Assembly (NCBI GenBank): GCA_965637545.1
Contig: OZ281500.1
Location: 9,238,001 to 9,302,000, forward strand
DNA length: 64,000 bases
Source: Phallusia mammillata
Lineage: Eukaryota
Direction: 5' to 3'
Under the pieces are notes generated by a model. That model was not told the origin of the DNA. It was given only the letters and a program-made list of their open reading frames with translations, and did not search any database. Positions 62,899-64,000 of the stretch are shown here, piece after piece (within the stretch, counting starts at the first letter, position 1; each line of letters begins with the position of its first letter). The translations under genes and the position numbers were made by a program.

Positions 62899-64000
62899 AT
62901 GCAAGTTTTGACGTATCTTGCCGTCGTGTTGGTCCTGGGATCCCAGGTATCCCAAGGTCTCCCGAAAAGCAAACATGGTAAGTCCAAGAAGCCTCATACT
63001 TGGTATGATTCGGCTGACTACTGGTACGATTCGGCCGACTACTGGTACGATAACAAGCCTATGAATGACCATACTTGGTACGACTCATCTGACTACTGGT
63101 ATGATTCATCTGATTACTGGTACGATAGCAAGGCCAAGAAACCTCATACATGGTACGATTCGGCTGACTACTGGTACGATAGCAAGCCCAAGAATGACCA
63201 TACCTGGTACGATTCGGCTGACTACTGGTACGATAGCAAGCCCAAGAATGACCATACCTGGTACGATTCGGCTGACTATTGGTATGATTCATCTGACTAT
63301 TGGTACGATAGCAAGGCCAAGAAACCTCATACATGGTACGATTCGGCTGACTACTGGTACGATAGCAAGCCCAAGAATGACCATACCTGGTACGATTCGG
63401 CTGACTACTGGTACGATAACAAGCCCAAGAATGACCATACCTGGTACGATGCGGCTGACTACTGGTACGATAGCAAGCCCAAGAATGACCATACCTGGTA
63501 CGATGCGGCTGACTACTGGTACGATAACAAGCCCAAGAATGACCATACCTGGTACGATTCGGCTGACTACTGGTACGATAGCAAGCCCAAGAATGACCAT
63601 ACCTGGTACGATTCGGCTGACTACTGGTACGATAGCAAGCCCAAGAATGACCATACCTGGTACGATGCGGCTGACTACTGGTACGATAACAAGCCCAAGA
63701 ATGACCATACCTGGTACGATTCGGCTGACTACTGGTACGATAGCAAGCCCAAGAATGACCATACCTGGTACGATGCGGCTGACTATTGGTACGATAGCAA
63801 GCCCAAGAATGACCATACCTGGTACGATGCGGCTGACTACTGGTACGATAACAAGCCCAAGAATGACCATACCTGGTACGATGCGGCTGACTACTGGTAC
63901 GATAACAAGCCCAAGAATGACCATACCTGGTACGATGCGGCTGACTACTGGTACGATAGCAAGGCCAAGAAACCTCATACCTGGTACGATGCAGAGGAAA
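62899..64000 (+). CDS. Uncharacterised secreted Trp/Tyr/Asp-rich tandem-repeat protein (open at the right edge; at least 367 aa)
   Basis: Stop-free frame from ATG 62899: MQVLTYLAVVLVLGSQVSQG (signal peptide-like), LPKSKHGKSKKPHT, then 17 units of (WYDxxDY)1-2-WYDxKxKxxHT from 63001 to 63981, then WYDAEE. Differences between copies at TAC/TAT, GAT/GAC, TCG/TCA, GCT/GCC and ACC/ACT/ACA are synonymous only in this frame. Confidence 0.88.
   Translation, partial: MQVLTYLAVVLVLGSQVSQGLPKSKHGKSKKPHTWYDSADYWYDSADYWYDNKPMNDHTWYDSSDYWYDSSDYWYDSKAKKPHTWYDSADYWYDSKPKNDHTWYDSADYWYDSKPKNDHTWYDSADYWYDSSDYWYDSKAKKPHTWYDSADYWYDSKPKNDHTWYDSADYWYDNKPKNDHTWYDAADYWYDSKPKNDHTWYDAADYWYDNKPKNDHTWYDSADYWYDSKPKNDHTWYDSADYWYDSKPKNDHTWYDAADYWYDNKPKNDHTWYDSADYWYDSKPKNDHTWYDAADYWYDSKPKNDHTWYDAADYWYDNKPKNDHTWYDAADYWYDNKPKNDHTWYDAADYWYDSKAKKPHTWYDAEE
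63001..63990 (+). repeat. Coding minisatellite of 21-nt and 33-nt modules (54-nt and 75-nt units)
   Basis: Fourteen 54-nt units and three 75-nt units. Unit starts are 63001, 63076, 63151, 63205, 63259, 63334, 63388, then every 54 nt to 63928. A partial unit starts at 63982. Confidence 0.97.

Noticed and set aside
62861-62911. Upstream ATG at 62861 (MKLAVMPSPKASACKF*)
   Set aside because: It overlaps the TATA box and so is probably upstream of the TSS. It closes after 16 codons in a different frame.
63289-63978. 229-aa hydrophobic repeat ORF on the minus strand (LGLAIVPVVSRIVPGMVI)n
   Set aside because: Antisense shadow of the WYD array. Copy-to-copy differences are synonymous only in the plus-strand WYD frame, which also has the TATA box and signal peptide.
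63001-63990. Array considered as a CRISPR locus or a non-coding satellite
   Set aside because: There are no unique spacers, the context is eukaryotic, module lengths (21, 33 nt) are multiples of 3, and variation is codon-structured.

Overview
Gene-dense, AT-rich animal genomic DNA with short spliceosomal introns (many 54-120 nt). An invertebrate chordate, most likely an ascidian tunicate, is inferred from the compact introns, chordate-type gene set and operon-like spacing. Nine multi-exon genes were reconstructed by hand, with splice phases that close: TPR (-, runs off the left edge), an SBK-family kinase that has lost its catalytic motifs (+), an integrin beta subunit (-), ALG13 (-), SIRT6 (-), a KLF3/8/12-type transcription factor (-), KAT7/HBO1 (+), an ankyrin-repeat protein (-) and RAB33 (-). 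About 15 non-autonomous DNA-transposon copies sit in introns and intergenic DNA. Most are hAT-type with 8-bp target-site duplications, and two are nested. The standout is a tenth ORF that the supplied track misses because it runs off the right edge (62899 to >64000, +). It has a TATA box, a signal peptide and then 17 tandem units built from WYDxxDY and WYDxKxKxxHT modules (46% Trp+Tyr+Asp). Variation between copies is synonymous in this frame, so it is a real secreted Trp/Tyr/Asp-rich repeat protein of unknown function. Other points of note are the pseudokinase with a ~90-aa activation-segment insert, an integrin beta tail with NPLH/NPKF and a terminal YQNM motif, a probable SIRT6-ALG13 operon junction, three GC-AG introns, and a duplicated splice donor in TPR. 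All family assignments come from recalled motifs, not from database searches.
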